Below, in pieces: positions 32,256 through 40,228 of a DNA stretch of 40,228 nt (the first letter of the stretch is position 1; each line of letters opens with the position of its first letter). Under the pieces are notes generated by a model, which saw only the letters and a program-made list of their open reading frames with translations, searched no databases and was not told the DNA's origin. The DNA lies in assembly GCA_900551395.1 (NCBI GenBank), contig URVX01000001.1, positions 1-40,228 on the forward strand, given 5' to 3'. The position numbers and the translations under genes were made by a program. Source of the stretch: an uncultured Subdoligranulum sp. (GTDB lineage Bacteria > Bacillota > Clostridia > Christensenellales > CAG-314).

Positions 32256-33614
32256 ATGGATTTAAAAAAGGTTTGGGAAAACGTGCTGCTGGAAACGCAG
32301 GGTTCGGTTTCGGCAATGAGCTACGATAATTGGCTGAGCAATACCGAGGCGGTGTGCATTGCGGACGACGAGCTGGTGGTAAGCGCCGACAGCGAGGTGG
32401 TATTGCGGCTGGTTGAGATGAAATACGCCGATTTGCTTAAGGCTTGTACCAAAAAGGTCGCGCCTAAAATAAGAAATATAAAATTTGTGCTGCCTTCGGA
32501 AAAAAGCAGATACGACGGCGGAAGGTATATTTCGCTGGAGGAATTGAACGAGGACAGCATTGTTGCGGAGGAATATTACACCAATTTCGTGCCGAAGTAC
32601 ACCTTCGACAGCTTTATCGTAGGAAAAAGCAACGAATTTGCGGCGGCAGCAAGCAAGGCGGTGGCAGAAAATCCGGGAGAAAAATACAATCCGCTGTTTT
32701 TGTACGGAGGAGTGGGACTGGGAAAAACTCACCTTATGCACGCAATCGGAAATTTTCTCAAAAAAAGCGATCCGACCATCAAGTGTATGTACACGTCGAG
32801 CGAGAGGTTTACAAACGATTTGATAGAGGCGCTGCGCGCGTCTAAAAAAGCCGACGAAATGAAGGAGTTCCGTCGCAAATACAGAAGCGTGGACGTTCTT
32901 ATGATTGACGATATACAATTCATATCCCGCACGGTTGCCACGCAGGAGGAGTTGTTTCACGTTTTCAATGACTTGTACTTTGCCAACAAGCAGATAATAA
33001 TAAGCTCGGACAGACCCCCTCATGAAATAAATCCTCTGGAGGAGCGCTTGCGCACCCGTTTTCAGGGAGGACTTGTAGCCGATATTCAGCCGCCGGATCT
33101 GGAGATGAGGATGGCGATACTTCAGACAAAGGCATTGAACCAGAATCAGCACGTCGACGACGAGGTTTTGAGTCTTATTGCAAACAAGGTGAAGTCCAAC
33201 ATAAGAGAAATGGAGGGCTTGCTTACAAAGGTGATAAGCTATGCTCATCTGACAAACCGTTCCGTCAACGACCCCGAGGTTGTGGCGGGCGCGCTGAGAG
33301 ATTACGGCGACGACAAGCCCGAGACGGTGACGATAGACAGAATAACGGACGAGGTATGCGCTTATTTTAATGTTTCCAAGTCGGATCTTGTGGGCAAGAA
33401 AAAGACCAAGGACGTTGTGGAGCCCAGACAGATTGCTATATACCTCGTTACCGAATTTCTTACCACGCCGTTGATAACAATCGGAGAGCATTTCGGCAAC
33501 CGCGACCATACAACGATTATGTATGCGAGAGACAAAATCAGCGAAAAGGTCAAGGAGGACGCCAGAATAGCGCGTCAGATAAAGGATTTGAAGGATCTTA
33601 TCATGAAGCGCTGA
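32256..33614 (+). CDS. dnaA: chromosomal replication initiator DnaA
   Basis: 452 aa. YTFDSFIVGKSNEFAAAA, Walker A LYGGVGLGKTHL, Walker B LMIDDIQF, and the C-terminal DNA-binding helix RDHTTIMYARDKI. Confidence 0.95.
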   Translation: MDLKKVWENVLLETQGSVSAMSYDNWLSNTEAVCIADDELVVSADSEVVLRLVEMKYADLLKACTKKVAPKIRNIKFVLPSEKSRYDGGRYISLEELNEDSIVAEEYYTNFVPKYTFDSFIVGKSNEFAAAASKAVAENPGEKYNPLFLYGGVGLGKTHLMHAIGNFLKKSDPTIKCMYTSSERFTNDLIEALRASKKADEMKEFRRKYRSVDVLMIDDIQFISRTVATQEELFHVFNDLYFANKQIIISSDRPPHEINPLEERLRTRFQGGLVADIQPPDLEMRMAILQTKALNQNQHVDDEVLSLIANKVKSNIREMEGLLTKVISYAHLTNRSVNDPEVVAGALRDYGDDKPETVTIDRITDEVCAYFNVSKSDLVGKKKTKDVVEPRQIAIYLVTEFLTTPLITIGEHFGNRDHTTIMYARDKISEKVKEDARIARQIKDLKDLIMKR

Positions 33615-33647
33615 ATAGGAAAACCGGTTTAACAGGGAGAAGGAAAG

Positions 33648-34982
33648 TTGCTTGAAAAATATCTTAAGCAAGGCTTAAAGCTTGCATTGGCAGTGTCCGG
33701 CGGCAAGGATTCTATGGTTATGCTGGACAAGCTGCTCAAATTGAAGGAGCGTTTTCGCCTTGAAATCAAGGTGATAAACGTAAATCACAAAATAAGGATG
33801 AACGGCGGAGAGGACAGCAGGTTTGTTGCGGATTTCTGCAAAAAACAAGGAGTGCCCTGCGAGGTTTTCGAGGTTGACGTACCTGCTTACGCCGCCCGCA
33901 AAAAGCTCAGTCTCGAGACGGCGGCGCGCGAAATGCGGTATGCCGTGCTCAACGCCGCCGCAAAAAGCGTGGATTACGTCTGCCTTGCCCACCACATGAA
34001 CGACAACGCGGAAACGGTGCTTATGCATATTTTACGCGGAAGCGGAGCGCGCGGCGCAGCGGGAATTCAGCCCGTTTCCAACAGATTTTTCCGACCGCTT
34101 TTAGACGAGACGCGGGAGGAAATAGACGCGTACGCATTTGAAAACGATATTCCTTTCGTTTATGACGAGACCAACGGACAGATAAAATATACGAGAAATT
34201 TCGTCAGACATGAAATCATGCCGCTGCTGAATCGGGTAAACCCCGACAGCGTCAGAGCGATAGTGTCCTTTGCCGACAGCATAAAGGCGGACGACGAGCT
34301 TCTGAATTCGCTCGCCGACACGGACAGGATAGCTTTTTCTCGCGACCGCGCGGAAATTCCCTGTGAGCTGCTTGCCGCTCCAGCTCCGTTGGCGGTAAGA
34401 AGGGTTTACAAATGCTTCAACAGGCTGGGTGTGTTCAAGGATATAGAAAAAAAACATGTGGGAAAGCTGATAGAGCTTGCCAAAAGCAACTGCGGCGAAA
34501 AGGAGCTGACGCTTCCGTTTGGATTTAAAGCCACGAAAACTTACGATACGCTTGTTATTTCCAAAATGTCCGCGGAATGCGGCGGCGAGGATTTGTCCGG
34601 GCTGGAAATTCCGTTCAGAACGGGAAAAATAGAATTCGGAAGCCGCACCGTGACGATACTGCCCGTTTCGGGCGAGCAGGTTGAAAGAAACGCTCTGCTG
34701 TTCGACGCAGGCAAGCTGCCCGACGGCGTGATTTTGAGAACGCGCCGGGAGGGAGACTTTTTCACGAAATTCGGCGGCGGGACCAAAAAGCTCAAGGATT
34801 TTCTAATCGATAAAAAAATACCCAGAGCCAAGCGTGACGAGCTGATACTCGGAGTCAAGGATTCCGAGGTGTTTTTCATAGCCGGATTGGAAATTTCAGA
34901 CAAAATCAAGCTGGACGCGTCTACTAAAAGCTCCTGCATGATAGACGTCGAAGAAGAAATAGGTCAAAAGGAGGAAATATGA
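33648..34982 (+). CDS. tilS: tRNA(Ile)-lysidine synthase
   Basis: PP-loop LALAVSGGKDSMVML and HHMNDNAETVLMHILRGSG. TTG start. Its end overlaps the next ATG (ATGA). Confidence 0.85.
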   Translation: MLEKYLKQGLKLALAVSGGKDSMVMLDKLLKLKERFRLEIKVINVNHKIRMNGGEDSRFVADFCKKQGVPCEVFEVDVPAYAARKKLSLETAAREMRYAVLNAAAKSVDYVCLAHHMNDNAETVLMHILRGSGARGAAGIQPVSNRFFRPLLDETREEIDAYAFENDIPFVYDETNGQIKYTRNFVRHEIMPLLNRVNPDSVRAIVSFADSIKADDELLNSLADTDRIAFSRDRAEIPCELLAAPAPLAVRRVYKCFNRLGVFKDIEKKHVGKLIELAKSNCGEKELTLPFGFKATKTYDTLVISKMSAECGGEDLSGLEIPFRTGKIEFGSRTVTILPVSGEQVERNALLFDAGKLPDGVILRTRREGDFFTKFGGGTKKLKDFLIDKKIPRAKRDELILGVKDSEVFFIAGLEISDKIKLDASTKSSCMIDVEEEIGQKEEI

Positions 34983-36037
34983 AGGTAAAGGACGTTTATA
35001 AGCGGGAATATGCCGAATATTTCAAGGAAACGCTGACAAAGCTTATGGCGGCGCCCAGCCCCAGCGGCTACCACCGCGAGGTCAACGCGCTTTTAAAGGA
35101 GCTTGTCGAAAAGGAAAACGCACGCTGCGTCTTTTCACCTAAGGGTACCTGCGAGGTGCGCGTGGAGGGGAAGGGCGGCGCGGCGGTAGGTCTGTCGGCG
35201 CACTGCGACACGCTAGGACTTATGGTGAGAAGCGTTTCGCCTTCGGGAGAAATAATGTTTGTGACCGTAGGCGGAATAATTCTGCCCACGCTGGACGGGG
35301 AGTACTGCACGGTACGCACCCGCGACGGCAGGAGCTATACGGGCACCGTTCTGTCGCGCAGCCCCGCAATTCACGTCTTTGACGACTGCACGAGCAGGAA
35401 AAGAGACGAAAAGAATATGTACGTCCGACTTGACGAAAGAGTGCGTTGCGCCGACGACGTAAGAAAATTGGGAATAAGAAACGGAGATTATATCTTTGTG
35501 GACACTAAGACCGCGTTTACCGGGAGCGGATTTGTCAAATCGCGGTTTTTGGACGACAAGGCGGGCGCGGCGGAGCTGCTAACGGCGCTGCATATTCTCA
35601 CGGAAGAAGGCATAGCTCCCGAAAAGACGGTAAAAATGTTTTTCACTGTTTTCGAGGAGGTGGGGCACGGCGCCAGCGGCATCGACGTAAGCGGACTGGA
35701 GAGCTTTGTGGCTGTGGATATGGGCTGCGTGGGCGACGACCTGTCCTGCACGGAAGAAACGGTTTCGATATGCGCAAAGGACAGAAGCGGTCCTTACGAC
35801 TACGACCTGACGGGTAAACTTGCGGAATTGTGCGAAAAGCACGGCATAAATTATGCCATAGATATTTATCCGCATTATTCTTCGGACGTGAGCGCAATGA
35901 GAACGGCGGGCGCGGACGTTGCCGGAGCGCTTATCGGACCGGGAGTTCAGGCAAGTCACGGCATGGAGCGCACGCACCTGGACGGCGTGTTCAATACAAT
36001 CAAGCTGATACTCGCGTATATCGGCGCGTTGGACTGA
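34979..36037 (+). CDS. M42-family metallo-aminopeptidase (FrvX/glutamyl aminopeptidase-like)
   Basis: LSAHCDTLGLMV, SRFLDDKAGAA and FTVFEEVGHGAS are the conserved metal-ligand blocks of the M42 family. Confidence 0.7.
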   Translation: MKVKDVYKREYAEYFKETLTKLMAAPSPSGYHREVNALLKELVEKENARCVFSPKGTCEVRVEGKGGAAVGLSAHCDTLGLMVRSVSPSGEIMFVTVGGIILPTLDGEYCTVRTRDGRSYTGTVLSRSPAIHVFDDCTSRKRDEKNMYVRLDERVRCADDVRKLGIRNGDYIFVDTKTAFTGSGFVKSRFLDDKAGAAELLTALHILTEEGIAPEKTVKMFFTVFEEVGHGASGIDVSGLESFVAVDMGCVGDDLSCTEETVSICAKDRSGPYDYDLTGKLAELCEKHGINYAIDIYPHYSSDVSAMRTAGADVAGALIGPGVQASHGMERTHLDGVFNTIKLILAYIGALD

Positions 36038-36079
36038 AAAAATTTCAAAATCCGGAAAATATCCAAAGGAGGAGCGGAC

Positions 36080-36883
36080 ATGAAAGCGGATTGTCATACG
36101 CACAGTATATTTTCTTCCGACGGAAAGCTGTCGATAGAGGAAATGCTGAATATTGCTCTCGAAAGAGGGCTGTCTTATCTTGCGGTGACCGACCACATAG
36201 ATTTCGACGCGCTGCTGCCCAAAAACCGCGCTCCCTCCTATTGGAAGCAGCCTGACGTCGATTTGTACTGCGCCGAAGTTGAAAGACTCAAGCCCGTTGC
36301 GGAAAAAAACGGAATTTTCCTTGCTTTCGGCGCGGAAATGGGCTTCGACCCCGACGCGGCGGCGCAGACGCCCGCGTGCGAGCTGATTGAACGGCTGCCG
36401 TTTGACGTAATTATCAACAGCGTGCATTTTGCGGGCGGACTGGATTTGTATTTTCCCGAGTTTTTCGAGGGGCGCACAAAAAAACAGGCTTACGACTTAT
36501 ATCTCGACGCGGTGTACGACAGCCTGTTTGCGCGGTTTTCCTTCGATATAGTGGGACATCTGGGCTACGTCACGCGGCAGGCGCCTTATCCCGACAAGCA
36601 GCTTAAGCTTTCCGAATCGGGAGAAAAAATAGACAAAATCTTAAAACGGATTATCCATACCGACAAGACGCTGGAGGTCAACACCAATCACGGGCTGAAT
36701 GCCAACGAGGAAATTCTCGCCAGATATTTCGAGCTGGGCGGAAGAAACGTGAGCTTTGGCAGCGACGCCCACCAAGGCGGGCTGTGCGACGGGTGGGAGC
36801 AGGCGACGGCAACGCTCAAGCGCATAGGCTTTTCCGAGCTGTCCGTATTCAAAAGCAGAAAGCGCGAGGGAGTGAAAATCTGA
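36080..36883 (+). CDS. PHP-domain phosphoesterase (HisJ-type histidinol-phosphatase family)
   Basis: N-terminal DCHTHSIFSSDG, AVTDHIDF, and C-terminal FGSDAH. Confidence 0.7.
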   Translation: MKADCHTHSIFSSDGKLSIEEMLNIALERGLSYLAVTDHIDFDALLPKNRAPSYWKQPDVDLYCAEVERLKPVAEKNGIFLAFGAEMGFDPDAAAQTPACELIERLPFDVIINSVHFAGGLDLYFPEFFEGRTKKQAYDLYLDAVYDSLFARFSFDIVGHLGYVTRQAPYPDKQLKLSESGEKIDKILKRIIHTDKTLEVNTNHGLNANEEILARYFELGGRNVSFGSDAHQGGLCDGWEQATATLKRIGFSELSVFKSRKREGVKI

Positions 36884-36967
36884 GAAGCGCGCGTTTTGAG
36901 CGAAAAAATTTATGCTTGGGGCGGAGGCGGAAAATTCGCATTTTGTCCGACGCTTTTATTCAAAAAG

Positions 36968-36996
36968 TTGACAAGCGTTGTTTTTGACGCTATAAT
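36968..36996 (+). promoter_or_regulatory. consensus promoter of rpmH operon
   Basis: TTGACA (36968-36973), 17 nt, TATAAT (36991-36996). Confidence 0.65.
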
Positions 36997-37042
36997 CAAT
37001 CGGTAACGCTATCGCTTATTCACCAAAAGGAGTTTAGATAAG

Positions 37043-37177
37043 ATGAAAAGAACCTATCAACCCAAGAAGAGACAGAGAAGCAAGGTGCACGGCTTCAGAA
37101 AGAGAATGAAGTCCACCGGCGGCCGCAGAGTGCTTGCAAGAAGAAGAAACAAGGGTCGCCACAAGCTGTCCGCTTGA
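37043..37177 (+). CDS. rpmH: 50S ribosomal protein L34
   Basis: Below the ORF-track size cutoff. Own translation: [50 protein letters not shown] lies upstream. Confidence 0.95.
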   Translation: MKRTYQPKKRQRSKVHGFRKRMKSTGGRRVLARRRNKGRHKLSA

Positions 37178-37210
37178 CGCAAGAAGCATCGATGCATAAT
37201 TCGTGAAAAT

Positions 37211-37240
37211 ACAGCCCTGAAGCAACGCGGCTGTGTTTTT
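37211..37240 (+). terminator. terminator/attenuator between rpmH and rnpA
   Basis: Stem ACAGCC (37211-37216) / GGCTGT (37229-37234), followed by GTTTTT. Confidence 0.55.
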
Positions 37241-37281
37241 GCGTAAACAGGTTTGCCGCAGACGTACCGACTGTGCCGAAA

Positions 37282-37617
37282 ATGGAAAGACTTAAAAAAA
37301 ATTATCAATATCAATACGTCTACAAAAACGGCGTCAGCGCGAGCGACAAATATTTTACCGTCATAGCCGCAAAGAGCGGCGGCGGACCGCGTTTCGGTTT
37401 TTCCGTCGGCAAAAAGTACGGCAAGGCGGTTGTGCGCAACAGACTGCGCCGGCGTCTTAAGGAGTGCTGCAGGCTTCTTTCTCCTTTCATCAGCAAGGGG
37501 TTCGCTTTCGTAATCATACCCCATGCGCCCGCGGAGGACTTTTCCGCAATAAAAAACAGTCTCGAGGGACTGTTCAAAAGGCTTAAGGCGTGGAGGGACG
37601 AGGAGGCGCCGTCGTGA
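37282..37617 (+). CDS. rnpA: ribonuclease P protein component
   Basis: [24 protein letters not shown] is the RNR motif region. ATG at 37282 (MERLKKN); the ORF track starts at GTG 37273. Confidence 0.9.
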   Translation: MERLKKNYQYQYVYKNGVSASDKYFTVIAAKSGGGPRFGFSVGKKYGKAVVRNRLRRRLKECCRLLSPFISKGFAFVIIPHAPAEDFSAIKNSLEGLFKRLKAWRDEEAPS

Positions 37618-37853
37618 AATATATCTGTATATGGCTGCTCAAGGCCTACAAGGCGACTCTTTCCAAAATCAAGGGAAAGACCTGCCGGTTTACTCCCAGC
37701 TGCAGCGTTTACGGAATGGAAGCGTTTGAAACGCACGGTTTTTTCAAAGGAGGGCTGCTTACTGCGCGGCGCGTGATTAAATGCGGCTTTACGCGCGGCG
37801 GCTTCGACCCCGTGCCCTTCAATCTCAAAGGAGACATTAAATGGAGTTTATGA
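37614..37853 (+). CDS. yidD: membrane protein insertion efficiency factor YidD
   Basis: [19 protein letters not shown]...GGFDPVP. GTG at 37614 overlaps the rnpA stop (GTGA) and follows AGGAGG by 7 nt. The ORF-track start at 37590 is probably too early. Confidence 0.85.
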   Translation: MKYICIWLLKAYKATLSKIKGKTCRFTPSCSVYGMEAFETHGFFKGGLLTARRVIKCGFTRGGFDPVPFNLKGDIKWSL

Positions 37854-39091
37854 ACTGCTTGGCAACCGCCGCCGAGACCATCGGACAATGGGGCTTTTCG
37901 GAGGGATTTGCGACAATCATGTCGGAAATCAAAAATCCGACCTTTGTCGGCTGGCTGGTCAAGGGGTTGCTTGACGCGGTGGGAAACTACGGCTGGGCGG
38001 TGGTGCTTTTCACCGTAATACTCAAGGTCATTACCCTGCCGTTGGATTTCTGGCAGCGTTTTTCGATGAAGAAAAACGCCAAAATGATGTCCGAGCTTGC
38101 GCCCATGATGGCAAAGCTGGACAAGGCTTATGCCAACGACAAAAACAAGCTCAATCAGGAAAAGCAGAAGCTGTACAAAAAGCACGGCTACAATATGCTG
38201 TCGGGCTGTCTGCCCATGATTGTGACGATGGCGATATTTTTCATCATGTTCGGAGGCTTGAACCAATGCTCCGCTTACGTAAACCTGAAGGTTTACAGCG
38301 AGCTAAGCGTTTTTTATACGCAGACGCTGTCCTCCGAGCTGGACAAGTTCTCCGCGGAATACGAGCAAAACCGTTACGATATCCTGCTTTCCGGAGAGTC
38401 CGGCGCTATCGAGGATTACAAGACGTGGCTCGGCGGGCAGGGTGTTGAGGAAAGCGAGTTCGAAGCGAGGATAAGCTCCGCAACAGCCCGCATTTCTTCT
38501 ATCAAGGCGGAGGCTCAGGCTGTCGCGCGCAAAGCGGTGGGAGAGTATTTTCTCGAGGCAAAGGAGGGCTTTTTGTGGATTACCAACATCAGCCGTCCCG
38601 ACACCTGGGTGGAGGCGTTTCCCGAAACCGCGGACAAGTTTACCGGTACGCTCACAAAAAGATACAGAGCCTACAGGGACGAGTTCGACTCCGAGCTTTA
38701 TAAAGAAATTTACGAGGGTATCAGCGAGCAGGGCGTAGGCTACAAGGTGGGAGACAAGCATTGGAACGGACTTATGATTCTGCCCGTGCTGTCGATAGCG
38801 CTCAGCTTTTTGTCCACATTTATTTCCAACAAGACAAGCAAAAAGAAAAACGACGTCGAACAGCTCGGCCCGGATGCGGCGGCGGCGCAAAGCACCAACA
38901 AGGTTATGATGTTCGTCATGCCGATAATGATGGGTATCTTCGGCTTTATTTATACGGCTACGTTTGCGCTTTATATGGTGTGTTCGAGTTTGCTGTCGAT
39001 ATTGTTTACGCTTGCGATGAACCCCGTTATCGACAGACGAGTCGCCAAAATCGAGTCTAAGACGGAAAAACCCGATTACAGGAGAAAATAG
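37841..39091 (+). CDS. yidC: YidC/Oxa1-family membrane protein insertase
   Basis: GWAVVLFTVILKVITLPL...KLYKKHGYNMLSGCLPMIVTMAIFF is typical of YidC. 416 aa. It overlaps the yidD end. Confidence 0.9.
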   Translation: MEFMNCLATAAETIGQWGFSEGFATIMSEIKNPTFVGWLVKGLLDAVGNYGWAVVLFTVILKVITLPLDFWQRFSMKKNAKMMSELAPMMAKLDKAYANDKNKLNQEKQKLYKKHGYNMLSGCLPMIVTMAIFFIMFGGLNQCSAYVNLKVYSELSVFYTQTLSSELDKFSAEYEQNRYDILLSGESGAIEDYKTWLGGQGVEESEFEARISSATARISSIKAEAQAVARKAVGEYFLEAKEGFLWITNISRPDTWVEAFPETADKFTGTLTKRYRAYRDEFDSELYKEIYEGISEQGVGYKVGDKHWNGLMILPVLSIALSFLSTFISNKTSKKKNDVEQLGPDAAAAQSTNKVMMFVMPIMMGIFGFIYTATFALYMVCSSLLSILFTLAMNPVIDRRVAKIESKTEKPDYRRK

Positions 39092-39096
39092 AGCCG

Positions 39097-39951
39097 ATGA
39101 ACAATGAAAAAATAGAAGTCAGCGCGAAATCCGTTGACGCGGCGGTGAAAAAAGGGCTGGAAAAGCTCGGGCTTGAAAAAGACCAAGCCGAGTGGGAGGT
39201 TTTGCAGGAAGCCGGATTTTTGCGTCATTGCAAAATTTCGATAGGGAAAAAACCTACTCAGGCGAGCCTTGTGCGCGAATATGCCGAAAAAATGCTGGAT
39301 CTCATGGGCTTTGATTACGCTGTAGAGGCAACGGAAACGGACAGCGAAATTTTGCTGGAGCTCACGGGCGTTAACGCGGGAGATATTATCGGCAGGCGCG
39401 GCGACGTGCTGGACGCCTTTCAGTATATGCTGAACGTGCTTACGAAAAACTTCGACGACGATTTCAAGCGCGTGACGGTGGATACGGAAAATTATCGCGC
39501 AAAACGCGCGGAGGCGCTTGTCAAGCTTGCCCGAAATCTGGAAAAAAAGGTGAAACGCACCGCCCGACCGGTGCGGCTGGAATATATGAATCCGTTTGAG
39601 CGCAGAGCCATACATACCGCGCTGCAGGACAGCCTTTTTGTGGATACTGTCAGCGAGGGCGAGGAACCCCGCCGTTTTGTGGTAATCAAGCCCAAAGCGG
39701 GATTAAAGCCCCGCCCCGATTCGGGTGAGCGCAGGGGCAGCGGACGCGGCGGTGACAAAAAGGACAGACGTGGCAAGGGGACGGACAACGGAGCGCGCCG
39801 CAGATACGACGATACCGAAGACGGCGATAGCCGTTCTGCCGCAAAACCCGATTTCGAGGAAGAAAAAAAAGAACCCACCTATGACGGCGGAGTCATGAAA
39901 AAGCTCAATTTCGTCTATCGAAGCGAAAAAAAGCGCAGAAGACTTAAATAA
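39097..39951 (+). CDS. jag: Jag/KhpB RNA-binding protein (Jag_N, KH, R3H) with a long charged C-terminal tail
   Basis: N-terminal VSAKSVDAAVKKGLEKLGL, KH-like IIGRRGDVLDAFQYML, and R3H-like MNPFERRAIHTAL. It sits in the conserved position after yidC. Confidence 0.85.
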   Translation: MNNEKIEVSAKSVDAAVKKGLEKLGLEKDQAEWEVLQEAGFLRHCKISIGKKPTQASLVREYAEKMLDLMGFDYAVEATETDSEILLELTGVNAGDIIGRRGDVLDAFQYMLNVLTKNFDDDFKRVTVDTENYRAKRAEALVKLARNLEKKVKRTARPVRLEYMNPFERRAIHTALQDSLFVDTVSEGEEPRRFVVIKPKAGLKPRPDSGERRGSGRGGDKKDRRGKGTDNGARRRYDDTEDGDSRSAAKPDFEEEKKEPTYDGGVMKKLNFVYRSEKKRRRLK

Positions 39952-39957
39952 AACTGC

Positions 39958-39985
39958 AAAGCGTCCGCAATTTAGGTCGCTTTTT
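39958..39985 (+). terminator. candidate terminator after jag
   Basis: AAAGCGTCC / GGTCGCTTT stem with one mismatch, followed by a T-run. Confidence 0.45.
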
Positions 39986-40020
39986 CGTTTGCTCGTTTGG
40001 CGCAGCAATGGAAAAGCTGC

Positions 40021-40047
40021 AAAAAAAAGCCGCGTAAAACGCGGCTT
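40021..40047 (-). terminator. intrinsic terminator after the small minus-strand ORF
   Basis: Stem AAGCCGCG-TAAAA-CGCGGCTT, followed on the minus strand by T8 (reverse complement of A8 at 40021-40028). Confidence 0.65.
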
Positions 40048-40089
40048 TCAAGGGAAAAGTAACTAAAAAGTTCCGTTTTCGACTAAAAT

Positions 40090-40203
40090 TCAGTCGATGT
40101 TTTTCTGATTGCTGCTGCACTTGGAACTGCCGGACTTCTTGCCGGAAGTTTTGGTGTTCTTGGTGTTGGAGCAATCCGAAGCTTTCATTTTCTTCGTTTT
40201 CAT
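40090..40203 (-). CDS. small (37 aa) Lys/Ser/Asn/Cys-rich hypothetical protein
   Basis: Below the ORF-track cutoff. Own translation: MKTKKMKASDCSNTKNTKTSGKKSGSSKCSSNQKNID. GGGAGG lies 7 nt upstream of the ATG at 40203, and a terminator lies ~45 nt downstream. Confidence 0.45.
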   Translation of the reverse strand: MKTKKMKASDCSNTKNTKTSGKKSGSSKCSSNQKNID

Positions 40204-40228
40204 TTCCTTACCTCCCGTTTTTAGTATG

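Noticed and set aside
32262-33671. 469-aa minus-strand ORF
   Set aside because: It is antisense to dnaA. The + strand translation carries unambiguous DnaA motifs, while the minus translation has none.
35579-36427. 282-aa minus-strand ORF spanning the M42 peptidase / PHP phosphatase junction
   Set aside because: It is antisense to two well-supported + strand genes and crosses their intergenic gap. Its composition is Arg-rich and low in complexity.
37709-39615. Minus-strand ORFs 37709..38266, 38303..38890 and 39076..39615
   Set aside because: They are antisense to yidC and jag, which have clear family signatures and conserved operon context.

Overview
This is a 40.2-kb chromosomal replication-origin region of a Bacillota bacterium, Clostridia-like and probably spore-forming. 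All calls come from reading the translated ORFs and the DNA by eye; no database search was possible.

Core content, right of the origin, all on the + strand:
- oriC in the divergent dnaN/dnaA intergenic region (31914-32255), with DnaA-box-like sites and a (TAG)n DnaA-trio-like run.
- dnaA, tilS, an M42 peptidase, a PHP phosphatase, and rpmH-rnpA-yidD-yidC-jag.

Core content, left of the origin:
- dnaN (-), a double-XRE regulator, and parA-parB with four parS sites within 2 kb.
- cvpA, yyaC, an ArsB/NhaD-type permease, ftsH (frame broken by a 1-nt deletion as assembled), mscL and tRNA-Arg(ACG).

Accessory content:
1. A 4.2-kb A+T-rich islet (15991-20147). It carries an MmeI-family type IIL restriction-modification gene translationally coupled to an AbiH-like abortive-infection gene. 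Both are frame-interrupted, and the islet is bounded by 50-bp direct repeats.
2. A tRNA-Arg-linked array of apparently identical 172-bp tandem repeats, to which those 50-bp repeats belong. Each unit carries a copy of the last ~21 nt of the tRNA plus its terminator. A diverged inverted copy lies at 12.9 kb.
3. A 723-bp non-coding structured repeat element (25843-26565) inside the parS cluster, with a 24-mer conserved in two direct copies and one inverted copy.
4. A TetR regulator with three unknown membrane proteins.
5. Two giant lipoprotein genes. One has 1333 codons. The other is a BspA-type LRR gene of more than 2767 codons that runs off the left edge and is absent from the supplied ORF track.

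The best follow-up targets are the RM+AbiH islet with its tRNA-derived repeat scaffold, and the parS-embedded structured repeat element.
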